From the IMG/VR virus record IMGVR_UViG_3300011008_000034, positions 1 through 64,000 of that record: a stretch of DNA of 64,000 nucleotides, one strand, 5' to 3'. Positions 20,715 to 31,138 of this stretch are shown one piece after another; within the stretch, counting starts at the first letter, position 1, and the number at the start of each line of letters is the position of its first letter. The notes beneath the pieces are model-generated. The model was given only the letters and a program-made list of their open reading frames with translations. It was not told the origin of the DNA and made no database searches. A program made the translations under genes and the position numbers. Source of the stretch: a virus (lineage: Duplodnaviria > Caudoviricetes).

Positions 20715-21290
20715 TTATTTATTATTTTTTTCGATTTCTGTTTTCGCTAATTCAATATAAGCAATCGGATCTTCATTGGAAATTAAATCAAATTCAGACT
20801 CATTTTCAATAAATTTCCATCGTTGATAGGAACCATAAAACATCTTTTTAAATTTAAAGATATATATTGCTGGCGTTCTTTGGAATTTATTTCGTATAGA
20901 TTTATCATGCTTATCAAATAAACTTATAACAGAAGTAGGAAGTTCACCCAAGAACAATCCCAAATGAACTTCTTCATCATAATTTTCTAAATTTAATTTG
21001 ATTATCACATATCTACCTACATTCTTTTGTTCATTATAATAATCAAAAGCATTATCTGTTGTAATACTCTCTACTATTATTGGATATTGAATAAACATTG
21101 ATTCATAATCATCGCAAATATGATATAAAGCTAATACCAATCCTGCATATTCATTATCATCTTTTTCTACTATTTTTAAAAAATCTTCGCATATTTGTCT
21201 TTTTCTACATGTAGCACAAGCTTTTTGTTTCGGTTTTATTATTCCATTTTCATCTAATTCCGGTTCTATTTCTTTAATCATCATTATCAC
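20715..21290 (-). CDS. hypothetical protein with Cys cluster
   Basis: CATC....IC...C. Confidence 0.65.
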   Translation of the reverse strand: MIMMIKEIEPELDENGIIKPKQKACATCRKRQICEDFLKIVEKDDNEYAGLVLALYHICDDYESMFIQYPIIVESITTDNAFDYYNEQKNVGRYVIIKLNLENYDEEVHLGLFLGELPTSVISLFDKHDKSIRNKFQRTPAIYIFKFKKMFYGSYQRWKFIENESEFDLISNEDPIAYIELAKTEIEKNNK

Positions 21291-22266
21291 CCATTAATTT
21301 ATCATATAACCGTTTTCTTTTCTCTAATTCATCATGAATTTGTTCGTATTCTTTATCATATTGATGAGGCAATGAAGTAGGAATTGTAATCCATTCATTT
21401 TGATAATCAAATTGAATTAAATTTGTATATGCATATTTAACTTCACGATATTCACTCGTTTCAAATTTTATGTCTAATTCAATATCTTCATCTTTCTGTT
21501 TAATCTGTTTTTGCCCTTCATGACACAATAAACAATATTCCTTTAATGTTTCAGGAATATATTTGTCAGTTCCCTTTGCAAAGAAAAAATCATTATTATC
21601 TAAATACAAAACAATATTTTTATAATTAAATTTCCAATAAATATCTATATCATTTAATTTTGCTATTGGTTTATAATTAAAAAATTGTTTATCGCTTTTC
21701 AAATATTGTTCTTCATTTTGATTGACAAAATCAAATAAATCGAGAATTTCATGCGTATAAACATCATCTAATTCAAATTCATCAAAATTAATTTTATCTA
21801 AAATAATCTTAAAATCTTCCAATTCAATATGTCCAATTTTCATGTATACATCATAATCGCGACTTACAAGCATTGATACACCTTTAGTATAATTGGAATT
21901 ATCTATTCTAAAAATTAATGAAATAATAAAACCATTATATTTTTTTGTGTATGTATATCTCTTTAAATCATTTATTACATTTCGTTCAATGGTCTTTTTT
22001 GTTCCTTTTAAATTTTCACACATAAAATTATAATACACAAAATTTGTGGGATATGAATCTATATTCACACGATATTCATTTTTCAAAATTTGATTTTTTA
22101 TTAAAATATATTTTTCATCATTTCCATAATAAGAATAAGGGTCATAAAAATAATTTGATTCATTATCAAAATAATTATTCAAATTTATATCTTTTTGTAA
22201 AAAATCAGGAAGATAATAACTAACTTGTGATTCAAACATATTAGAATACAAAGAATTAAAATGCAT
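21274..22266 (-). CDS. hypothetical protein
   Basis: long ORF with RBS. Confidence 0.7.
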   Translation of the reverse strand: MHFNSLYSNMFESQVSYYLPDFLQKDINLNNYFDNESNYFYDPYSYYGNDEKYILIKNQILKNEYRVNIDSYPTNFVYYNFMCENLKGTKKTIERNVINDLKRYTYTKKYNGFIISLIFRIDNSNYTKGVSMLVSRDYDVYMKIGHIELEDFKIILDKINFDEFELDDVYTHEILDLFDFVNQNEEQYLKSDKQFFNYKPIAKLNDIDIYWKFNYKNIVLYLDNNDFFFAKGTDKYIPETLKEYCLLCHEGQKQIKQKDEDIELDIKFETSEYREVKYAYTNLIQFDYQNEWITIPTSLPHQYDKEYEQIHDELEKRKRLYDKLMGDNDD

Positions 22267-22287
22267 AAAAATTCTCCTATTTAAATA

Positions 22288-23007
22288 TCATAAAAATATA
22301 AATCGGTCACATTCAATTTCTTTCTGGTTATTTAATCCAAACACATTATAATACTTAATGATATCATTAATAATAGCATTACTATGAATATCGTTATATG
22401 GAATACTTTCTTTTATATAAGAAAAATTTTGGCCAAATTTATTTTTTATATTTTGATACAATTGATCGAGATAAAAAATATAATGGTCTTTTCCATAAGT
22501 TAATGCCTTTTTCCTCTGATTTAATTTATTAATCTGAGCTTTATACATACTTACTTTTTTATTCATTGCATACTGTTCTTTAATGAAATCCTCTTCATTT
22601 AAATAACAAACATGAAATGATTTTAAATTTTTCAAAAAATATTGTTTTCTTCCTTCATAAATTCCAGAAGATTCAATTTTAGCTATCTCATTTTCACAAT
22701 CACTAATATGCATATCGCATCTGGAAATTTCTTGATGAATTAAACGTTCTAATGGCTTTTTATAATAACAGACTTCAAACTTATCAAAATCTACCATGCA
22801 GAAATCTACGTTGGAATTGCTGGCTGGTGAAATATAATACAACATTGATGAAATTTGACCACAACATGTAGGATTTGGTAATTTTTCTATTACATCTTTC
22901 ATATATAGTTGCGATTTATTAGACAATTTTTTAATAACATCTTTTTGTTGTTTTGTAAGATTATTGTTTTCTTGTTGAAGTTTTTGTATTTCTTCTAAAT
23001 AAGACAA
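22288..23007 (-). CDS. hypothetical protein
   Basis: long ORF with RBS. Confidence 0.7.
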   Translation of the reverse strand: MSYLEEIQKLQQENNNLTKQQKDVIKKLSNKSQLYMKDVIEKLPNPTCCGQISSMLYYISPASNSNVDFCMVDFDKFEVCYYKKPLERLIHQEISRCDMHISDCENEIAKIESSGIYEGRKQYFLKNLKSFHVCYLNEEDFIKEQYAMNKKVSMYKAQINKLNQRKKALTYGKDHYIFYLDQLYQNIKNKFGQNFSYIKESIPYNDIHSNAIINDIIKYYNVFGLNNQKEIECDRFIFL

Positions 23008-23108
23008 AATGCATCATTCCTTTCCTTTTACTATTTTATTTACTATTTTATCAAAAAAAAGACTAAATTAACATCTTTTTTTGCAAATAGAAATGATGCA
23101 TTTATTAT

Positions 23109-23612
23109 TTAATTTCTTTGATTATATTCATACCAATAACGTTTCATTAATTCTTTATAGTTCGGGTCTGATTTTTCTGGTGGCTGAAGCATATAACCAG
23201 ATTCATCTTTATGTGTTTTTTTCCATTCTTTAATAGACTGTTTGAATTGTTTACCAAATGGTTGAATAATGTTAATTGTTATATTATCAAGCAAATTTTT
23301 AGAACAATGAAAATTAAATCTTACAATTTTTTTCGTAAAAATTTCACTTGAATCAAATTCAACTTTATTATCATTTGATTCATAATGATTTAACTCAATG
23401 TTATAGTCACACATTTCATCAAATTTCATTAATCCGGAAAATTTTACCTTAACAGTTGGTTTTAACATACCAAAAATATATGTATCGTAGTAACGAAGAA
23501 TACTATAACAATCTATATTTGAATACATTGCAACCTTAATGTTTTTATTCATAATTAATTTTATAAAATTCAAATATCTGTCTAAACCTTTAATCATATA
23601 TTGCTTATTCAT
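23109..23612 (-). CDS. module gene B, family B1
   Basis: homologous to 42706..43239 (NIE...YESN, PP...SDPNYK..MK); start set to ATG 23612. Confidence 0.78.
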   Translation of the reverse strand: MNKQYMIKGLDRYLNFIKLIMNKNIKVAMYSNIDCYSILRYYDTYIFGMLKPTVKVKFSGLMKFDEMCDYNIELNHYESNDNKVEFDSSEIFTKKIVRFNFHCSKNLLDNITINIIQPFGKQFKQSIKEWKKTHKDESGYMLQPPEKSDPNYKELMKRYWYEYNQRN

Positions 23613-23614
23613 AA

Positions 23615-23676
23615 TACAACCACCTCCATTCATGATTTAATTATACCATAAATAGAGGCGGTTGTAAATAGTTTTT
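23615..23676 (-). promoter_or_regulatory. sigma-A-type promoter inside an RBS-sequestering hairpin
   Basis: TTTACA(23668-23663)-17-TATAAT(23645-23640); 16-bp arms 23651-23666 / 23615-23630 with two G-U pairs. Confidence 0.8.
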
Positions 23677-24167
23677 TATTGTTGTATTAAATTTTCGTTC
23701 TTATTTTTTATTTGTTGTTCGGCATAATCTTTTATTTCATTAAAATTTTTATAAAATTTATCTCCAACAAAAAATAATTTTCCATAACCTTTTATTCCAT
23801 TGTTTTTAATTTTATCTCTTAGTTCAGATAATGGTCCTTCCATTTTATCGTAACCAATTAATGTCCCTATAATCTCGCCATTATCGTCTACACGATACAC
23901 GCCAGCTAATGAAATTGGGTCATCATAGCCTTTTCTTCTCATGCAAACACATTGACACATTCCAAAAATAGGATTTTCTGTTCCTAAAGATGGGTCTTGA
24001 TAAACATAAAATTCATCATATGTTTCTTCTTTATAAAAATTTTGTTTATCTTCGTCTTCAGTCATAAAGTATTTTTTAAATTGATTAAACTTTTTTAAAT
24101 CTTCTTGCAACGAAGCAATAATCAATTTTCTTCTTAACCGTTTTTTTATACAATTCAATTGTATCAC
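23676..24167 (-). CDS. module gene A, family A1
   Basis: DLKK....KYF.T.ED, E.Y....P..G, G.C......GYDD...LA..Y..D..G. Confidence 0.78.
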   Translation of the reverse strand: MIQLNCIKKRLRRKLIIASLQEDLKKFNQFKKYFMTEDEDKQNFYKEETYDEFYVYQDPSLGTENPIFGMCQCVCMRRKGYDDPISLAGVYRVDDNGEIIGTLIGYDKMEGPLSELRDKIKNNGIKGYGKLFFVGDKFYKNFNEIKDYAEQQIKNKNENLIQQ

Positions 24168-24239
24168 CTTTTTATTTTTTAAATAAAAAGTAATATATGA
24201 ATTATACTAAAAAAGACCACTTTAAGTGGTCTTTTGCTA

Positions 24240-24629
24240 TTAAAGATGTTTTGAACTAGCTTTAATCTGTTTTAGTTGTTTTTCAATTTCTTGATACAAA
24301 CGCTTTTCTAATTGCAATTCTGCTTTTTCGTATCTATCTTTTAAATCTTGTCTTGCTAATTTAATTCCCGTTTGCCGGTCATATTCATCACCATCATGAA
24401 GTTTTGCAATACCTACAAGTTTCCGGTCTTCAAGTACTTCATAAACTAAGTCATAAATTTTACTATCCATCAAAATAAATTTGCAGTTATCAATCAAATT
24501 AAAAGCATGATGAATCAAACATTTTTCCCAAATTGAACGAATATCAGATCCTTCCTCTACAAATTTTGCAATAGTAACTTTTTTGCCTTTTGAATCTTCT
24601 ACAAAATCACAACGAATCATAACTCTCAT
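24240..24629 (-). CDS. conserved phage hypothetical protein
   Basis: GIAKLH..DEYD...G..LA motif. Confidence 0.7.
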   Translation of the reverse strand: MRVMIRCDFVEDSKGKKVTIAKFVEEGSDIRSIWEKCLIHHAFNLIDNCKFILMDSKIYDLVYEVLEDRKLVGIAKLHDGDEYDRQTGIKLARQDLKDRYEKAELQLEKRLYQEIEKQLKQIKASSKHL

Positions 24630-25282
24630 CCTTTCAATGTTTCTCCCCAGTCAACGCTGGAAACACCTGATTTATAATCATATTCAGAATCCTCTCTAGC
24701 CATAGCAATATCCAAAGAATTTTTCTTTTTATATTCACCAAGAGAAATCTGAAAACCAATTATAGAAGCTTGTCTGGAAACCACATCACCTATAGCTTTA
24801 AGATTATTCATCGTACTCATAGCAAGTGTTCTTAAACTTTCAATAGCAGTTTTTTTCAGATATAAAGTCGGATAACGCATCATTGCTTCTCCATTACGTT
24901 TATCTGCAGATTTTTGAATACTAGCTACATTATTAGCTCCTTCTAATAATTCTAATGTCGTTTTCCGAACAGAATATTCTTGTTCAATATCATTCATAAT
25001 TTCGCTTAATCTATTTTTATATTGCTGTACTTGGTCTAATGCCTCTAATAACTGAAATGTAGTGGGATTTTCATATGTATGAATAACCATTTCAGACATT
25101 TCTAATTCATATGCACCATAATCCAAATGTGGTAAAGACTGTAGGATATCTATGCAAATATCCTCAATGTCTTTAAATGAATTATCTGTTTTTTCAATAT
25201 CTGGCTTTTTTCCTAAATCATCATAATATTGTTTGAAATTAGGACGTTCTTGAATCTCCATTTCTTTTCCCCTTTCATTCAT
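24626..25282 (-). CDS. helical hypothetical protein in the recombination operon
   Basis: ORF downstream of sbcC; likely start 25261. Confidence 0.7.
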   Translation of the reverse strand: MNERGKEMEIQERPNFKQYYDDLGKKPDIEKTDNSFKDIEDICIDILQSLPHLDYGAYELEMSEMVIHTYENPTTFQLLEALDQVQQYKNRLSEIMNDIEQEYSVRKTTLELLEGANNVASIQKSADKRNGEAMMRYPTLYLKKTAIESLRTLAMSTMNNLKAIGDVVSRQASIIGFQISLGEYKKKNSLDIAMAREDSEYDYKSGVSSVDWGETLKG

Positions 25283-25414
25283 TACAGAAAAATATTATGA
25301 ATAAGCAAAACAATACTCCAGTAAAACAATTTTTGCAATCAACTCAAAAACACATAGCAACGGCAAAAATAAGTTCTGTAAGACAAAGAGTATATGTAAT
25401 AATAGAACTAATTC

Positions 25415-27454
25415 TCATAACATCACTACTTTCGAACCTTCTAAATTATCTTTTTCGATTAATATCTTAGAATTAAAAGAATCTTGCAATTCAGAAATAT
25501 GAGTAATGCACATTACTTGTTTGAAAATACTACTAATTCTATGTAGCATTTCAATAAACTTCTGACGAGCAAAACTATCTTGAGAACCTAATCCTTCGTC
25601 TATAACGAAAAATTCAATATTCGCTCCAACACGATTTGTTAAAAATCTTGCTAAACCAATATGACAAGCAAAGTCTAATCTAAACCGTTCCCCACCCGAA
25701 TACGTGTCGTAGCTTCTCGAAGCATTTCCATCATTTACAATAATATCAAATGTTTCCATGACAGTTTTTTTATTTTGCTTATTTGTAATAAATTCTATTG
25801 ACATACCATTATCACTAATAATAGACAATACATCATTGATATTTTTCTCTAATAATGGTAAATCATTCTTAATTATACTTTTTTGGATTCCGTTTTTTCC
25901 AAATGCAGTTACTACTTCACTATAATCATTGTATAAAATCTCTTGTGCATTTAACTGTTTTTTCAAATCATCTAATTTTTCTTGTTCTTGTTTTGCTTTA
26001 TTAATCTCAAATTGTTTTACAGATATAATATTATCATTGGAAGCAATCTTCCTTTGATAATTATCACATTTATATTTTAAATCGCTAATATTAAATTTTT
26101 TATCTTCTAATGGGGTAATTACAATATGCAAATTTTCTTCGTATTGTTTTTGAATAATTTCATATTGTTCATTATATGTTAATAATTGTTGTTTTAATGT
26201 TTGCATTTGTTTTTTATTATCTTCATTTATTCGATACTGTTTTTTAATATCATCTCGTTCCTGAGATTTTTCTTTACCTGTTCTTGAAATAACTTGACCT
26301 TGAGATTTCAATTGATTCAGTTTTTCGTTATTTATATCAATCTTTTTCATGATATCATCATATTGATTTTTTAATTCATTTAAATGATATGCTTTATGTT
26401 CTAATGTAATAGCATTTCCACAAAATTCACAAGTACTTTCATTATATTTATCTAGCCGGTCATATTTGATTTTAATCTTGTTTAATTCATTCTTATAAAA
26501 ATCATTCTCAGTATTTAATTGTGTCATGTCATTTTTTATAGAAAAGATTTGTTCTCTACAATCTTCAATTTCTTTATCTAATTCAGATAATTTATATTCA
26601 TAATCAATATCTTCAATAATAATATTTGCTAACAGATTTTCTATAGATACTTTATTTTGATTAATATTTCTAAGATTACGTTCAAACTGACTTCTATGAC
26701 TTAAGATTAATGTATTCTTTTCTTTAATAGCATCATATTCTTGTTTTTGTTTTACTAATTCATCATATTCCTTTTGACAATCATCTAGATCACTTCTAAG
26801 AGTGTTGTTTTGTTTATTAAGGTAATTTATTTCATCTTCTAAAGAAATCACATCTGGAAGGCGTGATGTGATAAAACTAATTTCATCATTTAATTTTTCT
26901 ATTAATACATTAATATTTTTTCGTTTTTCTTTAGCTAATTTTTCATATTGCTCATATCGTTTTAAGTCTAAAATCTGTGCTAACGTTTCTTTTCGTTCAT
27001 TCGGAGTTTTATTCATAAAATGAGCACTATTACCTTGTCCAATACAAATTGTATCTAAAAAAACATCATAATCAAGTTTAATAGTATCTAATATTTTTTT
27101 CTGAGTCTCTACTACTTTTTCTGTTTGAGAAATTTTATCAATAAAGAATTCTAATTCTCTAGACTTTTCTCTCTTTTTCTTTGTCTTAATCAAATACTCA
27201 TGACCAGACATTTCAAAACAAAATTCTAATTCAAAGTAATCACATGAACTATTTATTAAATCATCTAATGTCGTATTTGTTCCTTCTAAACTAGGACTTT
27301 TATTATACAATGCAGTAGTAATCATATCAATAATTGAACTCTTTCCTGCACCATTTTCGCCTACTATACAAAATAGTTTTCCAAACTGATCAAAATGAAT
27401 AACTTCATCTATATAAGACCGATAGCCATGTATCTTTAAGTATTTAGGTAACAT
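25415..27454 (-). CDS. sbcC: SbcC/Rad50-like (gp46-like) ATPase
   Basis: GENGAGKSS, CEFCG zinc hook, YSGGE signature, IDEG, ITH. Confidence 0.93.
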   Translation of the reverse strand: MLPKYLKIHGYRSYIDEVIHFDQFGKLFCIVGENGAGKSSIIDMITTALYNKSPSLEGTNTTLDDLINSSCDYFELEFCFEMSGHEYLIKTKKKREKSRELEFFIDKISQTEKVVETQKKILDTIKLDYDVFLDTICIGQGNSAHFMNKTPNERKETLAQILDLKRYEQYEKLAKEKRKNINVLIEKLNDEISFITSRLPDVISLEDEINYLNKQNNTLRSDLDDCQKEYDELVKQKQEYDAIKEKNTLILSHRSQFERNLRNINQNKVSIENLLANIIIEDIDYEYKLSELDKEIEDCREQIFSIKNDMTQLNTENDFYKNELNKIKIKYDRLDKYNESTCEFCGNAITLEHKAYHLNELKNQYDDIMKKIDINNEKLNQLKSQGQVISRTGKEKSQERDDIKKQYRINEDNKKQMQTLKQQLLTYNEQYEIIQKQYEENLHIVITPLEDKKFNISDLKYKCDNYQRKIASNDNIISVKQFEINKAKQEQEKLDDLKKQLNAQEILYNDYSEVVTAFGKNGIQKSIIKNDLPLLEKNINDVLSIISDNGMSIEFITNKQNKKTVMETFDIIVNDGNASRSYDTYSGGERFRLDFACHIGLARFLTNRVGANIEFFVIDEGLGSQDSFARQKFIEMLHRISSIFKQVMCITHISELQDSFNSKILIEKDNLEGSKVVML

Positions 27455-27465
27455 ATCTTAATCTC

Positions 27466-27855
27466 CTAATCTTTATTCTTGTCAAAATTGAATACCAGGT
27501 AATAGTCTGCAATATTAAAAAATCCTAATGCATGCAATTTTTGTTTTACTTCAAATTCTTGTTCTGAGGATAATTTCATTTCGAAAGGTACATTATTTTC
27601 ATCACAGAATTTCAAACCCTCACTAGTATTTAGATTCATATAATCGAAAGCATATTTAGCATAAATTTCTTTGCCAATAACAAATCTGCTTCCACGCTTA
27701 CTATTTCCCATACATTTATAATCTAATTTATTACTGTAAATAAATAAATACATATCTTTGCTATCATGACGTTTCATAATGGTTTGTAATTCTCCGTCAG
27801 AAACAATAATACCATAATAGATAAATAAGTTAATTGATATTGGCTGCATTAACAT
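27466..27855 (-). CDS. hypothetical protein between sbcD and sbcC
   Basis: ORF overlapping the sbcD stop. Confidence 0.65.
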   Translation of the reverse strand: MLMQPISINLFIYYGIIVSDGELQTIMKRHDSKDMYLFIYSNKLDYKCMGNSKRGSRFVIGKEIYAKYAFDYMNLNTSEGLKFCDENNVPFEMKLSSEQEFEVKQKLHALGFFNIADYYLVFNFDKNKD

Positions 27856-28970
27856 TCTTCCACCTCCTTAATGATATTATAAGCTATCTCACTACATTCC
27901 TTTTCTCTAGGCTTTCCTTTAAAATACTGCTTTACTACATCTTGTATTGGTAAGAAATTATTAATCACAATATCATTTTGTACATTAGGAATATCATATT
28001 GAATCTTTAATAGATACTGGACTTTTTTATCATAAGCATACTGAATAATATCCTTTTCATCTATCTTCATTTTATTACTTAGCTTTACTTTGATTCTAAG
28101 AATAGCATCCTTTAAGCCACGTTTTGGTAATTTACTAATAATCATATCTCTAACTTCATTTGATTCTGATTCATTACTACAATCTACTTTTACAGTAATA
28201 AATTTCTGAACATTTAATTTTCGATATTCAAATACATCTATTTTATCAGAGATTTCCATATAAATATATCCTTTATCTTGTTTTTCTTCAGAAAAGTCTA
28301 TCCGGTCACAACTTCCACAATAAAATACTTTTGGTTGTTCAGATAACACTTGATATTTATGTAAATGTCCTAATACTACGACAAGAATTTGTTTTTGATT
28401 AAAAACATCCAAATCAATACAATCATCATCTGATATGATATTCCAGTCATTTAAGAATGCATTCTTAATCGTTAAATGTCCTATTACTATAGTTGGATAA
28501 TCTTTAGAAATATGCTGCATGCAATTAATAATATCTTCTTTTTTATGATGAGTAGGTAAGAATACAAACTGATAAGTAATTCCTTGAAATGTCTTCAATA
28601 CCACTTTAAAAAATCTTGTCTGAATAATATTAGATACTTGTAGCGATTCAAACTGATGTAATCCCGAACAAAAACTATCTTGTTTACTAACATCATGATT
28701 CCCATCTAATACTAAAGTATAAACATTATGTTGTGATAATCGAATAAAAGCTTCATTGACTTTATCAATTAAAGTTGGATTAGGAAGATTATTCTTAAAC
28801 ATATCACCAGCAAATATACATACATCAACTTGTTCATTAATACATGTGTCCACTATCTGATTTAGTATATTTATAGCATTTTTTTCTCTCTGATATAAAC
28901 CTGTAACAGGGTCTACTTTACAGTAATTCTTTTGTCCAATATGTAAATCTGAAAAACATACTACCTTCAT
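27849..28970 (-). CDS. sbcD: SbcD/Mre11-like (gp47-like) nuclease
   Basis: SDLHIG, AGDMF, GNHD, GH, LGHLH. Confidence 0.93.
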   Translation of the reverse strand: MKVVCFSDLHIGQKNYCKVDPVTGLYQREKNAINILNQIVDTCINEQVDVCIFAGDMFKNNLPNPTLIDKVNEAFIRLSQHNVYTLVLDGNHDVSKQDSFCSGLHQFESLQVSNIIQTRFFKVVLKTFQGITYQFVFLPTHHKKEDIINCMQHISKDYPTIVIGHLTIKNAFLNDWNIISDDDCIDLDVFNQKQILVVVLGHLHKYQVLSEQPKVFYCGSCDRIDFSEEKQDKGYIYMEISDKIDVFEYRKLNVQKFITVKVDCSNESESNEVRDMIISKLPKRGLKDAILRIKVKLSNKMKIDEKDIIQYAYDKKVQYLLKIQYDIPNVQNDIVINNFLPIQDVVKQYFKGKPREKECSEIAYNIIKEVEEC

Positions 28971-29506
28971 TTCTTTTTCCTCTTTTCTATAGGTTTTCCA
29001 TCCATTAATATATATGTAACACAGGCAGATATGGAATCTGTTATATCGTTATTTTCTATTCTATCTTGAATTTGGAATAATTCATGTATCTTATCAGATA
29101 CTTCTTTTTTCATTTCATCTCCAGTTTTCTTAGTACCATTTGGCTTTTTAGCTTTAATTCCACCTAATACTTTACTCTTTAAAGTCATAACACTATAGTA
29201 AGTAATCTTTAAATGATGCTTTTCAGCTAGTAATATCATTACACCATGAAACATACTCAATCTTTGTATTGTTTGTCTATTACTACCTACAAATGGAGCT
29301 TCAGCTGAAATTTCAGTCGGTTTGTATAAAGAAATAATCTGTTCTAATTCTTGTTCAAAAAAAACTAACATCTCTCCTATTGTCATTTTCTTTCTAGTAA
29401 TTGTTCCATAGGCTATCAAGTTTTGATTCTGATTCTGATATTGTACAATACTCCATCCTGTAGATTTGGTGGATATATCTAATCCTAAAATAATACAATC
29501 AGTCAT
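28967..29506 (-). CDS. ruvC: RuvC-like Holliday junction resolvase
   Basis: ILGLDIS..STGW, EAPF, K, NDITDS. Confidence 0.85.
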   Translation of the reverse strand: MTDCIILGLDISTKSTGWSIVQYQNQNQNLIAYGTITRKKMTIGEMLVFFEQELEQIISLYKPTEISAEAPFVGSNRQTIQRLSMFHGVMILLAEKHHLKITYYSVMTLKSKVLGGIKAKKPNGTKKTGDEMKKEVSDKIHELFQIQDRIENNDITDSISACVTYILMDGKPIEKRKKK

Positions 29507-29537
29507 GATATCATTCCTCCTAGTTAATTATAGAAAA

Positions 29538-29565
29538 TTGAACTAAAAAGGTTTTCCTTTAAACT
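29538..29565 (+). promoter_or_regulatory. candidate promoter reading into the giant palindrome
   Basis: TTGAAC-16bp-TAAACT; the predicted +1 (~29571) coincides with the start of the left arm. Confidence 0.4.
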
Positions 29566-29569
29566 GTGC

Positions 29570-31129
29570 TCGGCAGTTCCATTCAGGAAGTAGCCGCACA
29601 GCTAAAGCTGATGTGCCTACGTTCCTTCATTCCACTACCTCACCTTTTCACAGTCCTCCATTCCACTACAGCATTCCGCTGAAGCGTAAGTGCTTCCGTT
29701 CCATTCCAGACTGTTCAAACATTTGAAACAATAGAACAAATGAATTATTTTTTATGACATTCAGAGAGCGTTCTATAGCTTACTAATTTTCTTAAGACTA
29801 CTAAAGTTAATCTAGTTCTTAAAACCCTTAGTAAAACTAAAGGAATTAAGTTCTCTACTTAAAATAAATTTTCTACTTAAAATAAATTCTCTTAGTTCAC
29901 TGAGGCAAAACGCCTTCCATTTTCCTTTTCATTATCCAGATTAATAAGACTGACTGTTTAAATTTTGTTGCTGATGGTGCGTACTGACCAACATCAATCC
30001 TTACCAACAAAGGAACGATGATATGTTTTTGATGTATGAAACCGAGGAAAAAACCTTAAAAAATAAATTTTAGAATATTCTTTTAAATGAAAATTCAAAA
30101 TATTCTTTATAATTACATTAAACTATTCAATATTTTATCCGAAAAATCGTCTTGACTCAGCAATCATAAGGAATGTACACATCATGACTATCATTATGCC
30201 TTTACGGATAAGGATTGATGATGTGTAAATGATGTATGATAGGTGTGTTCTTTCATGAAAGCATGTTTTAAATGACTAAATAGATATTTGTTTGTAAAAC
30301 ACATGTAATGAAATAAGAAAAAAGCTTTTCAAATGTTATTGGCAATGAATTCTAAGGCATAATACATAAAAAAGAAGCAAATCATATTCCTGGAATTATA
30401 GAACGTATAATGCATAAAAATTGCGGCTTATAAAAAGCAATCAAATAAGAACATACACACAATATCTGTCATGGAACCTTATTGGTAAAGGTATCATAAC
30501 ATTTTTTTATGTAAGATGTATGTGCTTTCTGAGTCAAGACACTTTTTTGTCATTAAAAATGGATTGTAAATCAAAGTTATTAGAATATTTTTAATAGTAA
30601 GATTCTTAATTTTCTTAAACTTTCATTTTTAGGACTTTTTCCTTTGTCATTTACATTAAAAAATCATTGTCAGTCCTTTACGGATAAGGAACGATGAAGG
30701 TGACGTTGGAGAGCTAGAAATAAAATTTAAACAGTCAGTCTTATTAGTCTGGATGATGAAAGGAAAAACATTAAGGCGCTTGGCTACAGTAAACTTACTT
30801 TAAGTAGATAACTAGTTTTCTGTAGAGAACTTAGTTTAAGTAGAGAACTAAGAAAACTTAGTTCCTTTAGTTTTAAAGTAGATTTAGTAGTCTTAAGAAA
30901 TTTAGCAAGCTATAGAGCGTTCCCTGAATGTCATAAAAAATAATTCATTTGTTTTTCGTTCTAATTCTTTGAACAGACTGAAATTCCACTGAAGGATGTC
31001 TGTGTTTCGTTACTTGTAACGGACACAGCATACTGAAGAGGAATTGAAGGATGTGAAAAGTGAAGCAATGGAATGAAAGGATGTCTGCACTTCGTTTACG
31101 AATGCAGCAGACTGGAATGGAATTGCTGA
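29570..31129. repeat. ~1.56 kb non-coding imperfect inverted repeat centred at ~30345 (candidate rod-like ncRNA or cruciform/origin)
   Basis: 29741-29805 vs 30883-30947 (60/65 WC pairs); 29927-29966 vs 30722-30761 (38/40); 30149-30160 vs 30529-30540 (12/12); outer CGGCAGTTCCATTC vs GAATGGAATTGCTG. Confidence 0.92.
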
Positions 31130-31138
31130 ACATAATAG

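Noticed and set aside
29570-31129. Palindrome as an assembly or amplification fold-back artefact, or as a protelomerase site
   Set aside because: The arms have many substitutions and indels and the flanking genes are not mirrored; artefacts and tel sites give near-perfect symmetry
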